Shown: positions 27,180 through 41,770, counted from the first letter of the stretch. The stretch is DNA of 64,000 nt from Macrostomum lignano (GCA_002269645.1 NIVC01001134.1:1-64000), one strand, 5' to 3'. Numbers and translations: made by a program. The notes: generated by a model not told the origin, from the sequence alone.

Positions 27180-28814
27180 CTAGTCTGAGTTATGCTTAAG
27201 AAGAAGTCTTCTTTCGTCTTTCTCAGCTGTGTTGCTAGTTTCAAGTCCTATTCGATTGATGGCATTCGATTCGACAAACTCTTGCCTGTGATCCACTCGC
27301 AGGCAGGCACAAAGACGAGTAACTCACCCGACCGGCAGGAGAAAGATTGTTAAAATAATTTGATAAAGTCAATTGTAAAAGACCTCGATTGGAAAAAATG
27401 GTCGAAGATATATAGCCTAGTATTAAATTAATAGCAAATAATACAGATGATACGGGGGCCTTTAAAAGACAAATAAGAATGGGATTGAAGGGGCCGTAGA
27501 AATGGAGGAATAAACGGAAGCTAAGTTGAAATCCTGACAACGAAATTCCGAATAGCCTCCTTCGAGTCCTACGCTCTTAGTGCGGCCGGTTTTAAAGAAA
27601 CGAAACGGCTCTTCAGACCTAGCCTAGTATTTTAGGAACACAGCTCCCCTCTAGCCCAGCCCACCCCTCTACCCCCGCTGAAAGAGTACACAGCCTATTG
27701 GTCGGGGGGTTGTGGACTGGGGGTTGGGGCAGACAGGGGGATGGGTGTGCTGTGGCGCGGGTGGGTCTAAAGAATTAAAACAGGCCCCCACCTCGACCCT
27801 CAAGTCTGTTATCTCGTATCACCCACCCCACCTCCCAAGCCTTTCACAGTCTCGTAAACCGTAAAGAAACGGCACGAAAACGGCACGATAAAGAAAAAGA
27901 AGGGTAGATTACAGCTGCAATCCACCTAAGATATAGAAGCCTATACTGGCAATGTAAGAAAGAGGTAGGCAACTAAATACGAGTATAATAAAGTTTGCAT
28001 AAAGCTTTGACTGGCGTTAGTATGGTGCAACACTGCAACCATATAATGCTTCGACGGAGGCCGGCCTTGCTTGACCTTGGCACCTCGGTTTTAGTTATAA
28101 CCTTTACAAATGTCGCACTTAAATGGACTCATGGAGTCATTCCGAACACATTCAGATCTCAAATTTAGATAGCGAAGTGTGATACACTGCCGAACAAGTG
28201 AAGCAATACTGTACATTTTTCATTTTGAAAATTCGTTTCGAGCAAGCTAACGCAGATTTCATTCTGACTTAATAATGTGGCATAAACTTTGACCCAGATA
28301 TCTGGTTTGACTAACTGACCATAAAATAAAGTACACATGAACGCAAACAATGTAATAATTAATTGCCATGTTAGGTACCATTACCGGCATCTTAAGTTAA
28401 AATTGATTTGATATTGCAAGCATTTTAACTGACCAAGATTGGAAGATAAGTATCGACTTCTCAAATAAGTATCAAACCCTTTTTATCGGTGAATAATTTG
28501 GAATTGAAACTTAAAACTCGATAAATAAGATAGCAGTTATCTCAGATTGTAGACATACCTGAGCCTTGCCTAACTGGGCTGTGCGATTTTAAAAATCACG
28601 TGATTATTAAAACTGACGAAATTAGCTAACCGCTTCTGTTGACCAATTTAACAAATTTTTGCTCTGAAAATCTGTCTATGTGGTCCTTGAAAGAATAAAA
28701 TCACTGCATGAATGATTTATTGAAGGGCAACGAAGAAGCTACTCAAATGACCAGATGAAAGGCTAAGAAGGACAAGTCACCCGTTATGATCATGATGGGA
28801 CAGGAGCCAACGAC

Positions 28815-30345
28815 TATGACCAGAATAGAACAGAAGCTTATCCTCTATGACCAGAATAGAACAGAAGCTAATCCTCTATGACCAGAACAGAACAGAAGCT
28901 TATCCTCCATGACCAGAACAGAACAGAAGCTAATCCTCTATGACCAGAATAGAACAGAAGCTTATCTTCTATGACCAGAATAGAACAGAAGCTTATCCTC
29001 TATGACCAGAATAGAACAGAAGCTTATCCTCTATGACCAGAATAGAACAGAAGCTAATCCTCTATGACCAGAATAGAACAGAAGCTTATCCTCTATGTTC
29101 AGAATAGAACAGAAGCTTATCTTCTATGACCAGAATAGAACAGAAGCTTATCCTTTATGACCAGAATAGAACAGAAGCTTATCCTCTATGACCAGAATAG
29201 AACAGAAGATTATCTTCTATGACCAGAATAGAACAGAAGCTTATCCTCTATGACCAGAATAGAACAGAAGCTTATCCTCTATGACCAGAATAGAACAGAA
29301 GCTTATCCTTTATGACCAGAATAGAACAGAAGCTTATCCTCTATCACCAGAATAGAACAGAAGCTTATCCTCTATGACCAGAATAGAACAGAAGCTTATC
29401 CTCTATGACCAGAATAGAATAGAAGCTTATCCTCTATGACCAGAATAGAACAGAAGCTTATCCTCTATGACCAGAATAGAACAGAAGCTTATCCTCTATG
29501 ACCAGAATAGAACAGAAGCTTATCCTCTATGACCAGAATAGAACAGAAGCTTATCCTCTATGACCAGAATAGAACAGAAGCTTATCCTCTATGACCAGAA
29601 TAGAACAGAAGCTTATCTTCTATGACCAGAATAGAACAGAAGATTATCTTCTATGACCAGAATAGAACAGAAGATTATCTTCTATGACCAGAATAGAACA
29701 GAAGCTTATCCTCTATGACCAGAATAGAACAGAAGCTTATCCTCTATGACCAGAATAGAACAGAAGCTTATCCTTTATGACCAGAATAGAACAGAAGCTT
29801 ATCTTCTATGACCAGAATAGAACAGAAGATTATCTTCTATGACCAGAATAGAACAGAAGATTATCCTTTATGACCAGAATAGAACAGAAGATTATCTTCT
29901 ATGACCAGAATAGAACAGAAGCTTATCCTCTATGACCAGAATAGAACAGAAGCTTATCCTCTATGACCAGAATAGAACAGAAGATTATCTTCTATGACCA
30001 GAATAGAACAGAAGCTTATCTTCTATGACCAGAATAGAACAGAAGCTTATCCTCTATGACCAGAATAGAACAGAAGCTTATCCTTTATGACCAGAATAGA
30101 ACAGAAGCTTATCTTCTATGACCAGAATAGAACAGAAGATTATCTTCTATGACCAGAATAGAACAGAAGATTATCTTCTATGACCAGAATAGAACAGAAG
30201 ATTATCCTCTATGACCAGAATAGAACAGAAGCTTATCCTCTATGACCAGAATAGAACAGAAGCTTATCCTCTATGACCAGAATAGAACAGAAGCTTATCC
30301 TCTATGACCAGAATAGAACAGAAGCTTATCCTCTATGACCAGAAT
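28815..30345. repeat. 31-bp minisatellite (ATGACCAGAATAGAACAGAAGCTTATCCTCT), about 50 copies
   Basis: Highly homogeneous tandem array. Confidence 0.98.
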
Positions 30346-30934
30346 ATAGCACAGAGGGTAAGAAGCTACAAGACGAGCCCCTCCCTATAGATTCAACTGC
30401 AATGACATATTCAGTATTGTACTCATTGAGTGCAATTAAAATCTGACTCGAAGGAAATAAAATATAATCTCATTTTTCCAGATACACTGCCAAGCTGTAC
30501 CGCAAGCCAGTGCAGTCCCAGTTTCTGTACACTGATGTAATGTACATATTAAATACATATTAATGAGTGACTCAACATTTGTTCAGTAGAGTAAAGAAAG
30601 CTCATTGTCCCAGTTTCCAGACGCATTTATACATTTAACATGTAATAACGAATATAAAAAGTAAAAATAGTACGCATTACTGTGGAACATGCATATGGAT
30701 TTTATAAATGCAAAGTGCCTACATGCGCAATTACCACCGTGTGGAAACAAAACTTGGAAAATGAATAATCGAATAAATATGCGACAGAAAAATGTTTGCA
30801 ACAGGCTGAACTGCCAGGTCAATGGAAATCTTCCAGGCCGCTTAAAGTGCATTGGCTGCCAGACTTACTTGCTGCATTTAATTGCAAAGCACAAATCAAG
30901 GTCAGCACTTTTGAACAGCTCTTGGTAACCCTGT

Positions 30935-31757
30935 GTGTCACATCTAACCCTTCCTCTACCCCCATGGGTGTCACATCTAACCCTTTCTCTACCCCCATGG
31001 GTGTCTCATCTAACCCGTTCTCTACCCCCATGGGTGTCACATCTAACCCGTTCTCTACCCCCATGGGTATCTCATCTAACCTCCTCTACCCTCCATGGGT
31101 GTCTCATCTAACCCTCCTCTACCCTCCATGAGTGTCTCATCTAACCCTTTCTCTACCCTCCACGAGTGTCTCAGCTAACCCTTCGTCTACCCCCATGGGT
31201 GTCTCATCTAACCCTCCTCTACCCCCATGAGTGTCTCAGCCAACCCCCCATGAGTGTCTCAGCCAACCCCCCATGAGTGTCTCAGCCAGCCCCCCATGAG
31301 TGTCTCAGCCAACCCCCCCATGAGTGTCTCAGCCAACCCCCCATGAGTGTCTCAGCCAACCCCCATGAGTGTCTCAGCCAACCCCCCATGAGTGTCTCAG
31401 CCAACCCCCATGAGTGTCTCAGCCAACCCCTATGAGTGTCTCAGCCAACCCCCCATTAGTGTCTCAGCCAACCCCATGAGTGTCTCAGCCAACCCCATGA
31501 GTGTCTCAGCCAACCCCCCATGAGTGTCTCAGCCAACCCCCATGAGTGTCTCAGCCAACCCCCATGAGTGTCTCAGCCAGCCCCCATGAGTGTCTCAGCC
31601 AACCCCCATGAGTGTCTCAGCCAACCCCCCATGAGTGTCTCAGCCAACCCCCCATGAGTGTCTCAGCCAACCCCCATGAGTGTCTCAGCCAGCCCCCCAT
31701 GAGTGTCTCAGCCAACCCCCATGAGTGTCTCAGCCAACCCCCATGAGTGTCTCAGCT
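30935..31757. repeat. Minisatellite shifting from a 33-bp unit to a 22-25 bp unit (CCATGAGTGTCTCAGCCAACCCC)
   Basis: Tandem copies with variable C-run. Confidence 0.95.
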
Positions 31758-32386
31758 GACCGTTCACTTCGTCAGCATGCTTTTTCCCAACATCCCAAAT
31801 CCTCATTCCTGGCAGCTTTGATCCCCAAAGGAAGGCCTCGACGGGGCGCAAATGGGCCACTCCCTTTGCGCGTTGCTGCCAGCAACTGCGAGGCCTGAAG
31901 GGGATCGGGAGGCTGGGCGCCGCCCAGTTTCAATTCTGCACGGGTGCAGATGCCGAACCGCGTGCCCCCTCACCCTGCATCAACCAAGCATTTCCGCTCC
32001 ATCCAGATTTTAACGAAGCGATGCCGCCGACTCCTCTTCCTTTCCTACCCCTGGACTTCCCCCCTTTTGAAACAGGATACAAGCCTCGGGAATCTATTAA
32101 GCGAAAAGGAAATGAGATTTTGCTGGATTTTTTTTACCTGGTCAAAGGCAAAGCTGCAACTCGTACGAAGATGAATAAGCGAAGCAAATTCCATCTTTGA
32201 TGTCAGCCCTGCGTGAAAAATATTATGCTAATAAAGTATGTAAACGAATATTATATATACAGAAAACATCGTCTGGTCCTGTGAGATTATTTGGGAACAA
32301 AATACAAAGCTGATTGTCTAAAATAATAAATCACATCGTTTTTGTCTTCTTGGTTGCTATACTGCTTAAGTTCTTAATGATTCAGC

Positions 32387-35150
32387 GCCAGAAACAGAAA
32401 ATTTAGAGCCAGGGACACAGATATTAAGCGCCAGAGACCGAGAATTTAAGCGCCAGAGACCGAGAATTTAAGCGCCAGAGACACAGATATTAAGCTCCAG
32501 AGGCACAGATATTAAGCGCCAGAGACACAGATATTAAGCGACAGAGACACAGATATTAAGCGCCAGAGACACAGATATTAAGCGCCAGGGATGCAGATAT
32601 TAAGCGACAGAGACACAGATATTAATCGCCAAAGACACAGACATTAAGCGCCAGAGACACAGATATTAAGCGACAGAGACACAGATATTAAGCGCCAGAG
32701 ACACAGATATTAAGCGCCAGGGATGCAGATATTAAGCGACAGAGACACAGATATTAATCGCCAAAGACACAGATATTAATCGCCAAAGACACAGATATTA
32801 AGCGCCAGGGATGCAGATATTAAGCGACAGAGACACAGATATTAATCGCCAAAGACACAGATATTAATCGCCAAAGACACAGATATTAAGCGCCAGAGAC
32901 ACAGATATTAAGCGACAGAGACACAGATATTGTATTAAGCGCCAGAGACACAGATATTAAGCGCCAGAAACAGAAAATTTAGAGCCAGGGACACAGATAT
33001 TAAGCGCCAGAGACCGAGAATTTAAGCGCCAGAGACCGAGAATTTAAGCGCCAGAGACACAGATATTAAGCTCCAGAGGCACAGATATTAAGCGCCAGAG
33101 ACACAGATATTAAGCGACAGAGACACAGATATTAAGCGCCAGAGACACAGATATTAAGCGCCAGGGATGCAGATATTAAGCGACAGAGACACAGATATTA
33201 ATCGCCAAAGACACAGACATTAAGCGCCAGAGACACAGATATTAAGCGACAGAGACACAGATATTAAGCGCCAGAGACACAGATATTAAGCGCCAGGGAT
33301 GCAGATATTAAGCGACAGAGACACAGATATTAATCGCCAAAGACACAGATATTAATCGCCAAAGACACAGATATTAAGCGCCAGGGATGCAGATATTAAG
33401 CGACAGAGACACAGATATTAATCGCCAAAGACACAGATATTAATCGCCAAAGACACAGATATTAAGCGCCAGAGACACAGATATTAAGCGACAGAGACAC
33501 AGATATTGTATTAAGCGCCAGAGACACAGATATTAAGCGACAGAGACACAGATATTAAGCGCCAGAGACACAGATATTAAGCGCCAGGGATACAGATATT
33601 AAGCTCCAGAGGCACAGATAATAAGCTCCAGAGACACAGATATTAAACTCCAGAGACACAGATATTAAGCGCCAGAGACACAGATATTAAGCGCCAGGGA
33701 TGCAGATATTAAGCGCCAGAGACACAGATATTAAGCGACAGAGACACAGATATTAAGCGCCAGAGACACAGATATTAAGCGCCAGGGATGCAGATATTAA
33801 GCGCCAGAGACACAGATATTAATCGCCAGAGACACAGATATTAAGCGCCAGGGATGCAGATATTAAGCGCCAGAGACACAGATATTAAGCGTCAGGGACA
33901 CAGATATTAAGCGCCAGAGGCACAGATATTAAGCGCCAGAGATACAGATATTAAGCGCCAGGGACACAGATATTAATCGCCAGAGACACAGATATTAAGC
34001 GCCAGGGATGCAGATATTAAGCGTCAGGGACACAGATATTAAGCTCCAGAGGCACAGATATTAGGCGCCAGAGACACAGATATTAAGCGCCAGAGACACA
34101 GATATTAAGCGCCAGGGATACAGATATTAAGCGCCAGAGATACAGATATTAGGCTCCAGAGGCACAGATATTAAGTGCCAGAGACACAAATATTAATCGC
34201 CAGGGACACAGATATTAAGTGCCAGAGACACAGATATTAAGCACCAGGGACACAGATATTAATCGCCAGGGACACAGATATTAAGCGCCAGAGACACAGG
34301 TATTAAGCGCCAGGGACACAGATATTAAGCTCCAGAGGCACAGATATTAAGCGACAGAGACACAAATATTAAGCGACAGAGACACAAATATTAAGCGCCA
34401 GAGACACAGATATTAAGCGCCAGGGACACAGATATTAAGCTCCAGAGGCACAGATGTTAAGCGACAGAGATACAGATATTAAGCTCCAGAGGCACAGATA
34501 TTAAGCGACAGAGACACAGATATTAAGCGCCAGGGACACAGATATTAATCGCCAGGGACACAGATATTAAGCGCCAGAGACACAGATATTAAGCGCCAGG
34601 GACACAGATATTAAGCTCCAGAGGCACAGATATTAAGCGACAGAGACACAAATATTAAGCGACAGAGACACAAATATTAAGCGCCAGAGACACAGATATT
34701 AAGCGCCAGGGATACAGATATTAGGCTCCAGAGGCACAGATATTAAGTGCCAGAGGCACAGATATTAAGCGACAGAGACACAAATATTAAGTGCCAGAGA
34801 CACAGATATTAAGCGCCAGAGACACAGATATTAAGCGCCAGAGACACAGACATTAAGCGCCAGAGATACAGATATTAAGCTCCAGAGGCACAGATATTAA
34901 GCGACAGAGACACAGATATTAAGCGCCAGGGACACAGATATTAAGCGCCAGAGACACAGATATTAAGCGCTAGGGACACAGATATTAAGCTCCAGAGGCA
35001 CAGATATTAAGCGACAGAGACACAAATATTAAGCGCCAGGGACACAGATATTAAGCACCAGAGACACAGATATTAAGCGCTAGGGACACAGATATTAAGC
35101 TCCAGAGGCACAGATATTAAGCGCCAGGGACACAGATATTAAGCGCCGAA
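32387..35150. repeat. 22-bp minisatellite (CACAGATATTAAGCGCCAGAGA), about 125 copies
   Basis: Tandem array with an internal 576-bp duplication. Confidence 0.98.
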
Positions 35151-36019
35151 GACAGAGAAGTAATTCCCCAGTATCCTTTCCCTCCAACTGCAACTGTTTG
35201 AACGCCTCTCCTTTCCTTGATTCACAAGGGCAGACCGCATGCGTCATAGTTGCTAAAAATAGCGCCCACCATTGACAGCCAAGCCCGGGCTCTGTGGTGC
35301 AGCCTTGCAGGAAGATGGTTTAGAGCGAAAACAGGAGGGATATTCATGCACAAGCAGAACTGCCTGGCCTCCCGTACAGATCACGCCGTGCTGTGTATTA
35401 CACACATATGGGACAGTATTGATGCATATAACTGCCTTTTTGCCTTTTACCATGCGGGAAGACGGATGAGGCGATGTGCAGCGAAAAAGAGAAAAGAGAT
35501 TGGGGAAGAGATTGGGAAGAGTGGAAAGCGCTCCCGAAATCCCAACAGACCCCTTGTATCTCCCGGCGCTGTACAATCCAGCCTCTAGTGCCCAGTAGAC
35601 GAGGGTTTAGTAATGATGATGCGGATGTACGCTAGGCTATGGCGGAGGCTATTCGTGTTCCAGCAGCTCGTTAGTTAGTCCCCCTCCGCGGATCGATGAA
35701 GCACTGAAGGCGAGGTTTTCAATCCCCTTCAGCCTCTTCAGCATATATCGCCTCTATAAGCTCATCTCCCTCTTGCTTCTCGCTATCCGATAGTCTTAAG
35801 CATCAAATAGAGTACATGTGGTTGCTCCTTAATTTAAAGAACGAATATTCAACCCCGTGTTTCTAGGAAGCCATTTTTAAAGGCCCAAGTTTACCAAAAA
35901 TATATTTACGCCCGTACTGAGACGAGGACTGCGGGTTGCTTTGAAATGGAGTGTAGAAATAAACAAATCAATGCGTGTTGGACTCGAGACGTGTACAGAA
36001 AGTATCGATATTTATTTCC

Positions 36020-36157
36020 GTCAGCTCCCTCTCTCTCTTTATTTCTGTCAGCTCCCTCTCTCTCTTTATTTCTGTCAGCTCCCTCTCTCTCTTTTTTTCT
36101 GTCAGCTCCCTCTCTCTCTTTATTTCTGTCAGCTCTCTCTCTCTCTTCATCTCTGCC

Positions 36158-36191
<34 letters not shown>

Positions 36192-37145
36192 ATTTCTGTC
36201 AGCTCCCTCTCTCTCTCTTCATTTCTGTCAGCTCCCTCTCTCTCTTCATTTCTGTCAGCTCCCTCTCTCTCTCTCTCTTCATCTCTGCCAGCTCTCTCTC
36301 TCTCTCTCTCTCTTCATTTCTGTCAGCCCCCTCTCTCTCTTCATTTCTGTCAGCTCCCTCTCTCTCTCTTCATTTCTGTCAGCTCCCTCTCTCTCTCTTC
36401 ATTTCTGTCAGCTCCCTCTCTCTCTCTTCATTTCTGTCAGCTCCCTCTCTCTCTCTTCATTTCTGTCAGCTCCCTCTCTCTTCATTTCTGCCAGCTCCCC
36501 TCTCTTTTCATATCTGTCAGCTCCCCCTCTCTCTTCATTTCTGTCAGTTCCCCCTCTCTCTCTCTCTCTCTCTTCATTTCTGTCAGTTCCCCCCCTCTCT
36601 CTTCATTTCTGTCAGTTCCTCCCTCTCTCTTCATTTCTGTCAGTTCCCCCTCTCTCTCTTCATTTCTGTCAGTTCCCCCTCTCTCTCTTCATTTCTGTCA
36701 GTTCCCCCCTCTCTCTTCATTTCTGTCAGTTCCCCCTCTCTCTTCATTTCTGTCAGTTCCCCCTCTCTCTCTCTTCATTTCTGTCAGCTCCCTCTCTCTC
36801 TTCATTTCTGTCAGTTCCCCCCTCTCTCTCTCTTCATTTCTGTCAGCTCCCTCTCTCTCTTCATTTCTGTCAGCTCCCCCCTCTCTCTTCATTTCTGTCA
36901 GTTCCCCCTCTCTCTCTTCATTTCTGTCAGCTCCCCCCTCTCTCTTCATTTCTGTCAGTTCCCTCTCTCTCTCTTCATTTCTGTCAGCTCCCTCTCTTTC
37001 TTCATTTCTGTCAGTTCCCCCCTCTCTCTCTCTTCATTTCTGCCAGCTCCCCTCTCTTTTCATATCTGTCAGTTCCCTCTCTCTTTTTCTGCCAGCTCCC
37101 TCCCCCTCTATATTTCTGTCAGCTCTCTCTCTCTTTTTTCTGTCA
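36020..37145. repeat. CT-rich minisatellite (TTCATTTCTGTCAGCTCCC(TC)n)
   Basis: Tandem copies with variable CT tract. Confidence 0.95.
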
Positions 37146-37544
37146 GCCTTAGCATGATTTCAGTGAAAAACAGACAGCTTTATTAATCCCCAGCAACTCA
37201 TATTTCATAACTCGTTTTGCGATTTTAAGAAGCTCAGAAATAAGGGCTGGACAATGCTATTAGAATATTTACATTAATGGCGCTGCGGAAAATTATTGAG
37301 AAATCTGAGTTGCTAGGTGGAATATGATAGTAATCTGCCCACTCGGTATCAAAGAGTAGCGAACAGAACTTCCGCCTTTCGCTGTTAATTCTCTCAACGT
37401 CAAGAAGTCACGTGATGTTGACGCTCTTATCAACTCGAGGAGGTGCTAAATTTTTAAGGGAAGAAATCATACTTTCTAAGAAAGCTTTGCGGCCGGAATT
37501 AGCGATGCCTGCGATGCCGGGAACAGGAATCGGAGATAACTGTG

Positions 37545-37650
37545 TTTACCTGGAACAGGAATCGGAGATACCTGTAATTACCGGGAACAGGAATCGGAGA
37601 TACCTGTGATTACCTGGAACAGGAATCGGAGATACCTGTGATACCTGGGA
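37545..37650. repeat. About 32-bp repeat x3-4 (GGAACAGGAATCGGAGATACCTGT...)
   Basis: Read directly. Confidence 0.85.
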
Positions 37651-37849
37651 AGAAATTCTGGATTAGACTAAAAAGGCATGAGCGACAATTTCTTCAACGA
37701 TGGCAATTTAATCATTTTTCATCCGTAAACATCTCAGGAGGAAGATGAAGAGGGCCCGCATCAAATCACACCGCCAACGCCCTCAACGGGCTCTGGGGAG
37801 GGGCAGGGTGTTTTCACCTGCCAGTCACGCAACAGCGCTTATATATAAT

Positions 37850-38120
37850 CTGCTAGACAGTAGCTTAGGCTCTGCTAGACAGTAGCTTAGGCTCTGCTAT
37901 ACAGTAGCTTAGGCTCTGTTAGACAGTAGCTTAGGCTCTGTTAGACAGTAGCTTAGGCTCTGTTAGACAGTAGCTTAGGCTCTGTTAGACAGTAGCTTAG
38001 GCTCTGTTAGACAGTAGCTTAGGCTCTGTTAGACAGTAGCTTAGGCTCTGTTAGACAGTAGCTTAGGCTCTGTTAGACAGTAGCTTAGGCTCTGTTAGAC
38101 AGTAGCTTAGGCTCTGTTGG
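37850..38120. repeat. 22-bp minisatellite (TAGACAGTAGCTTAGGCTCTGT)
   Basis: About 12 tandem copies. Confidence 0.95.
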
Positions 38121-38539
38121 ACACTAGCTGAAAATATATTAGAGAATAGCATGCAGTGTGATAAATAGATAGAATTATGCAGCACCAATCCAGTATTTTA
38201 GCTGCCTTGTGGTAAAAGTCCATCCGTTCCCAGCAGCCCACCCAAACATATCAGGTCAGCTGATGCTTAAAAACTATTCATTTCCTTCGTGGGAATTGGG
38301 AACTAAAAATAAACGTTTTAGGGAATGTTTGCTAGTTCCTCTTGGAATATATGAAGCCAGGGTGCTTTGGTTGGAGCAATCTGGAGCGAATATCAGTTTA
38401 TCCAAATCATCTGCTCCATCAATTCTGGGCTAATGTCAGTTTCAAAAGCATCGTGCGCTCTGCATGCGTGTACTCAACAAAACTCATAATTTTGGAAAAT
38501 ACACACACCATCTTTACCAGACTCACTCCTAACACTGCA

Positions 38540-38850
38540 ACCTCACCTGAGAATCACTCCTAATCCCAAATCCTCACCTGAGAATCACTCCTAATCCCAA
38601 ATCCTCACCTGAGAATCACGCCTAATCCCAAATCCTCACATGAGAATCACTCCTAATCCCAAATCCTCACCTGAGAATCACTTCTAATCCCAAATCCTCA
38701 TCTGAGAATCACTTCTAATCTCAAATCCTCATCTGAGAATCACTAGTAATCCCAAATCCTTACCTGAGAATCACTTCTAATCCCAAATCCTGACCTGATA
38801 ATCACTCCTAATCCCAAATCCTCACCAGAGAATCACTCCTAATTCTTAAC
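38540..38850. repeat. 31-bp minisatellite (CTCACCTGAGAATCACTCCTAATCCCAAATC)
   Basis: About 10 tandem copies. Confidence 0.95.
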
Positions 38851-39959
38851 CCTGACCAGAATCGGCCAGACTATCCAAGCATAGGAAAAGTGTAAAAGAA
38901 TTTCATCCATTTTCAGTTTCAATTCCAGTTCGCCGTCCATGGCGCGTGTGCACGCAGAAAGCCAGTATAAGATGCTTATACACTGTTAGTACATAATGGG
39001 ATTTCTTTCTTTGGATATCCCATTTCGTCTTAGCCAGTGTTACGATTGCCTGGCTTAACTGTGCAGCCAAGGACCCGCAATGCAAATATCTGCATATCTA
39101 TAGGATGTGCTGCCGTCCTTATATAATATATAAGAATATACATGCATATATATAAGGAAGCTGGGAAGGAATGATGAAGGGCCAGGATAAGGATTTTCGG
39201 GGGGGGGATAAAGTCGATCCCCGCTTGAAGAGGCCGATGGTGGAAGGCTGGAAAGGGGAAGGGAGAACGCGAGGGAGAACGCCTTGCGGGGTGGATTAAT
39301 CAGCGCCGCCCCCCAGGGCATCCGTTTTGCCTCTAAAAGAAGAAGGAACACATTAGAAAAACTCCTACGAGTAAGGAGGCTGGGCAGGGTGCAGCATCGC
39401 ATACAAGGACAGAGTGAAAAGTTCAGATTGACCGCGCAGACCAAAGAAGGCTATGGGAGAAAAATGCAAATTAGAACCCATGCAGCCAGTGGGATCTCAG
39501 AACCTGCTGCGGGGAGTTCTGCCTGCACTTTTACCGTCTTGCCTCTCTTCCCCTCTCTGTGCGCATGGGCTGGATTCTGAATACAGCTATAGCCATTAAC
39601 GGAGTGTGCCAAGACCGGGTTTTGGAACAGCTTGCATCAACTGACACAAGTCAGTTCTTTCTAGGTCATTCTAGGTAATCATACGAGTATACATGGAATA
39701 TCTGCAGCTTTGGGGGCGTCTGCATTGGACAGATATCGATATCCTATTTAGTGGGAGAAAGGAACTGACGCATGACTGAAGGGCAGCGCCAGGAAGATAT
39801 GGGAGAAATCAGACGCAAGAAGACTAATCATTGACTGCTTGGCTGTTACAGAACGATGGAAGGAGACGCTGACAGAGACGGATGTGAAGACAAAAAACTG
39901 GAGACTGTATGGGGAAACGAAGGCCAAGAATGGAGAGAACGGGAGTGGAAGAGAGAGAG

Positions 39960-40315
39960 TGAGAAGGGAGAGGGAAGGGAGAATGGATCAAGAGGGAGGG
40001 AGAGGGAAGGGAGAATGGATCAAGAGGGAGGGAGAGGGAAGGGAGAGGGGATCAAAAGGGAGGGAGAGGGAAGGGATCAAGAGGGAGTGAGAGGGAATGG
40101 AGAGGGGATCAAGAGGGAGGGGGAGGGAAGGGAGAGGGGATCAAGAGGGAGGGGGAGGGAGAGGGTGGAGAATTGATCAAGAGGGAGGGAGAGGGTGGAG
40201 AATTGATCAAGAGGGAGGGAGAGGGTGGAGAATTGATCAAGAGGGAGGGAGAGGGTGGAGAATTGATCAAGAGGGAGGGAGAGGGTGGAGAATTGATCAA
40301 GAGGGAGGGAGAAAA
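39960..40315. repeat. GA-rich repeat with GATCAAGAGGGAGG core
   Basis: Tandem copies; 30-bp unit in the distal part. Confidence 0.88.
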
Positions 40316-41124
40316 TGGGAGATGGACAAGCGCAAGAGGATCATACAAAGGTATGAGAGAATGGAGTAAGCAGGACATGTCGGCAGCAGCACTTCTCAAT
40401 AATTCAATATATCGAGTCCCTACTTGACCATATTTAAATACCCCAAGCCCCAACTAATCAAGCACTCGATCTTATAGTCATCTCGTCGATATGATAAACC
40501 TGAAATGCACAATCTACCGAGATACTGCAATACGAGCTCACGATGTAGACGGATATAACCTCGGATAAAAAATTCTCATTAGCAAGCAATGAGAGACAGA
40601 AGAGACGGGAAGTCCACATATTTTGAGCTGACAAATCTGAGTAATGGCGCGGTTTTACCTTCCTATTCCCTGTGTCCCCTAAGCAGCCGCCGGAGCCTCA
40701 TCAGTCCCCAAGAGAGCTGGGAATTAATAATACAGCACGTGTCTCGCAGCGCATTAGCGGCTAAAGCAGCGCGTGCTCATAATTATGTATCCACCCTGCT
40801 TCTAACTAATGCAAGTGCTCAATCCCTGAGCAGCGGCTATAATAATAATGCTGTATAATTGGTCACGCAGCCGGATACAGAGTAATTAAAAAGCGGCATA
40901 TTGCTACAGGATATGATGAAGATAGAGAGACTGCACTGAGAAAGAGATGAGTGACAAGGGACATGCGAATGGGAATCATGGCGTTAATGAAAAACCGAGT
41001 GAGATGAAGAGAGAGCCTTGTAGGCCGAGTTTTTGTAGTTTTGCAAGTCCTCTCCGATCCCATTGTCTGTAATTAAAAGTCAATAATATCTCTGAATTTG
41101 TATGTGTCTCGACGCGCTCTGTAG

Positions 41125-41770
41125 GAGTCATGGCGCCCCGTTCTGTAGTGAGGCATGGCGCCCCGTTCTGTAGTGAGGCATGGCGCCCCGTTCTGTAGTG
41201 AGGCATGGCGCCCCGTTCTGTGTGAGGCATGGCGCCCCGTCCTGTGTGAGGCATGGCGCCCCATTCTGTAGGCATGGCGCCCCGTTCTGTAGTGAGGCAT
41301 GGCGCCCCATTCTGTTGGAGACATGGCGCCCGTTCTGTAGGAGACATGGCGCCCGTTCTGTAGGAGACATGGCGCCCCATTCTGTTGGAGACATGGCGCC
41401 CGTTCTGTAGGAGACATGGCGCCCGTTCTGTAGGAGACATGGCGCCCCATTCTGTTGGAGGCATGGCGCCCCGTTCTGTAGGCATAGCACCCCATTCTAT
41501 AGTGAGACATGGCGCCCCGTTCTATAGGAGGCATGGCGCCCCGTTCTGTAGTGAGGCATGGCGCCCCGTTCTGTAGTGAGGCATGGCGCCCCGTTCTGTA
41601 GTGAGGCATGGCGCCCCATTCTGTAGGAGACATGGCGCCCGTTCTGTAGGAGACATGGCGCCCGTTCTGTAGGAGACATGGCGCCCGTTCTGTAGGAGAC
41701 ATGGCGCCCGTTCTGTTGGAGACATCGCGCCCCATTCTGTAGGAGACATGGCGCCCCGTCCTGTAGGAGG
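41125..41770. repeat. 23-25 bp minisatellite (ATGGCGCCCCGTTCTGTAGTGAGGC)
   Basis: Tandem copies read directly. Confidence 0.95.

Noticed and set aside
28815-35150. CRISPR-like appearance of 31-bp and 22-bp repeats
   Set aside because: Head-to-tail units with no unique spacers, no cas genes, and a eukaryotic context.
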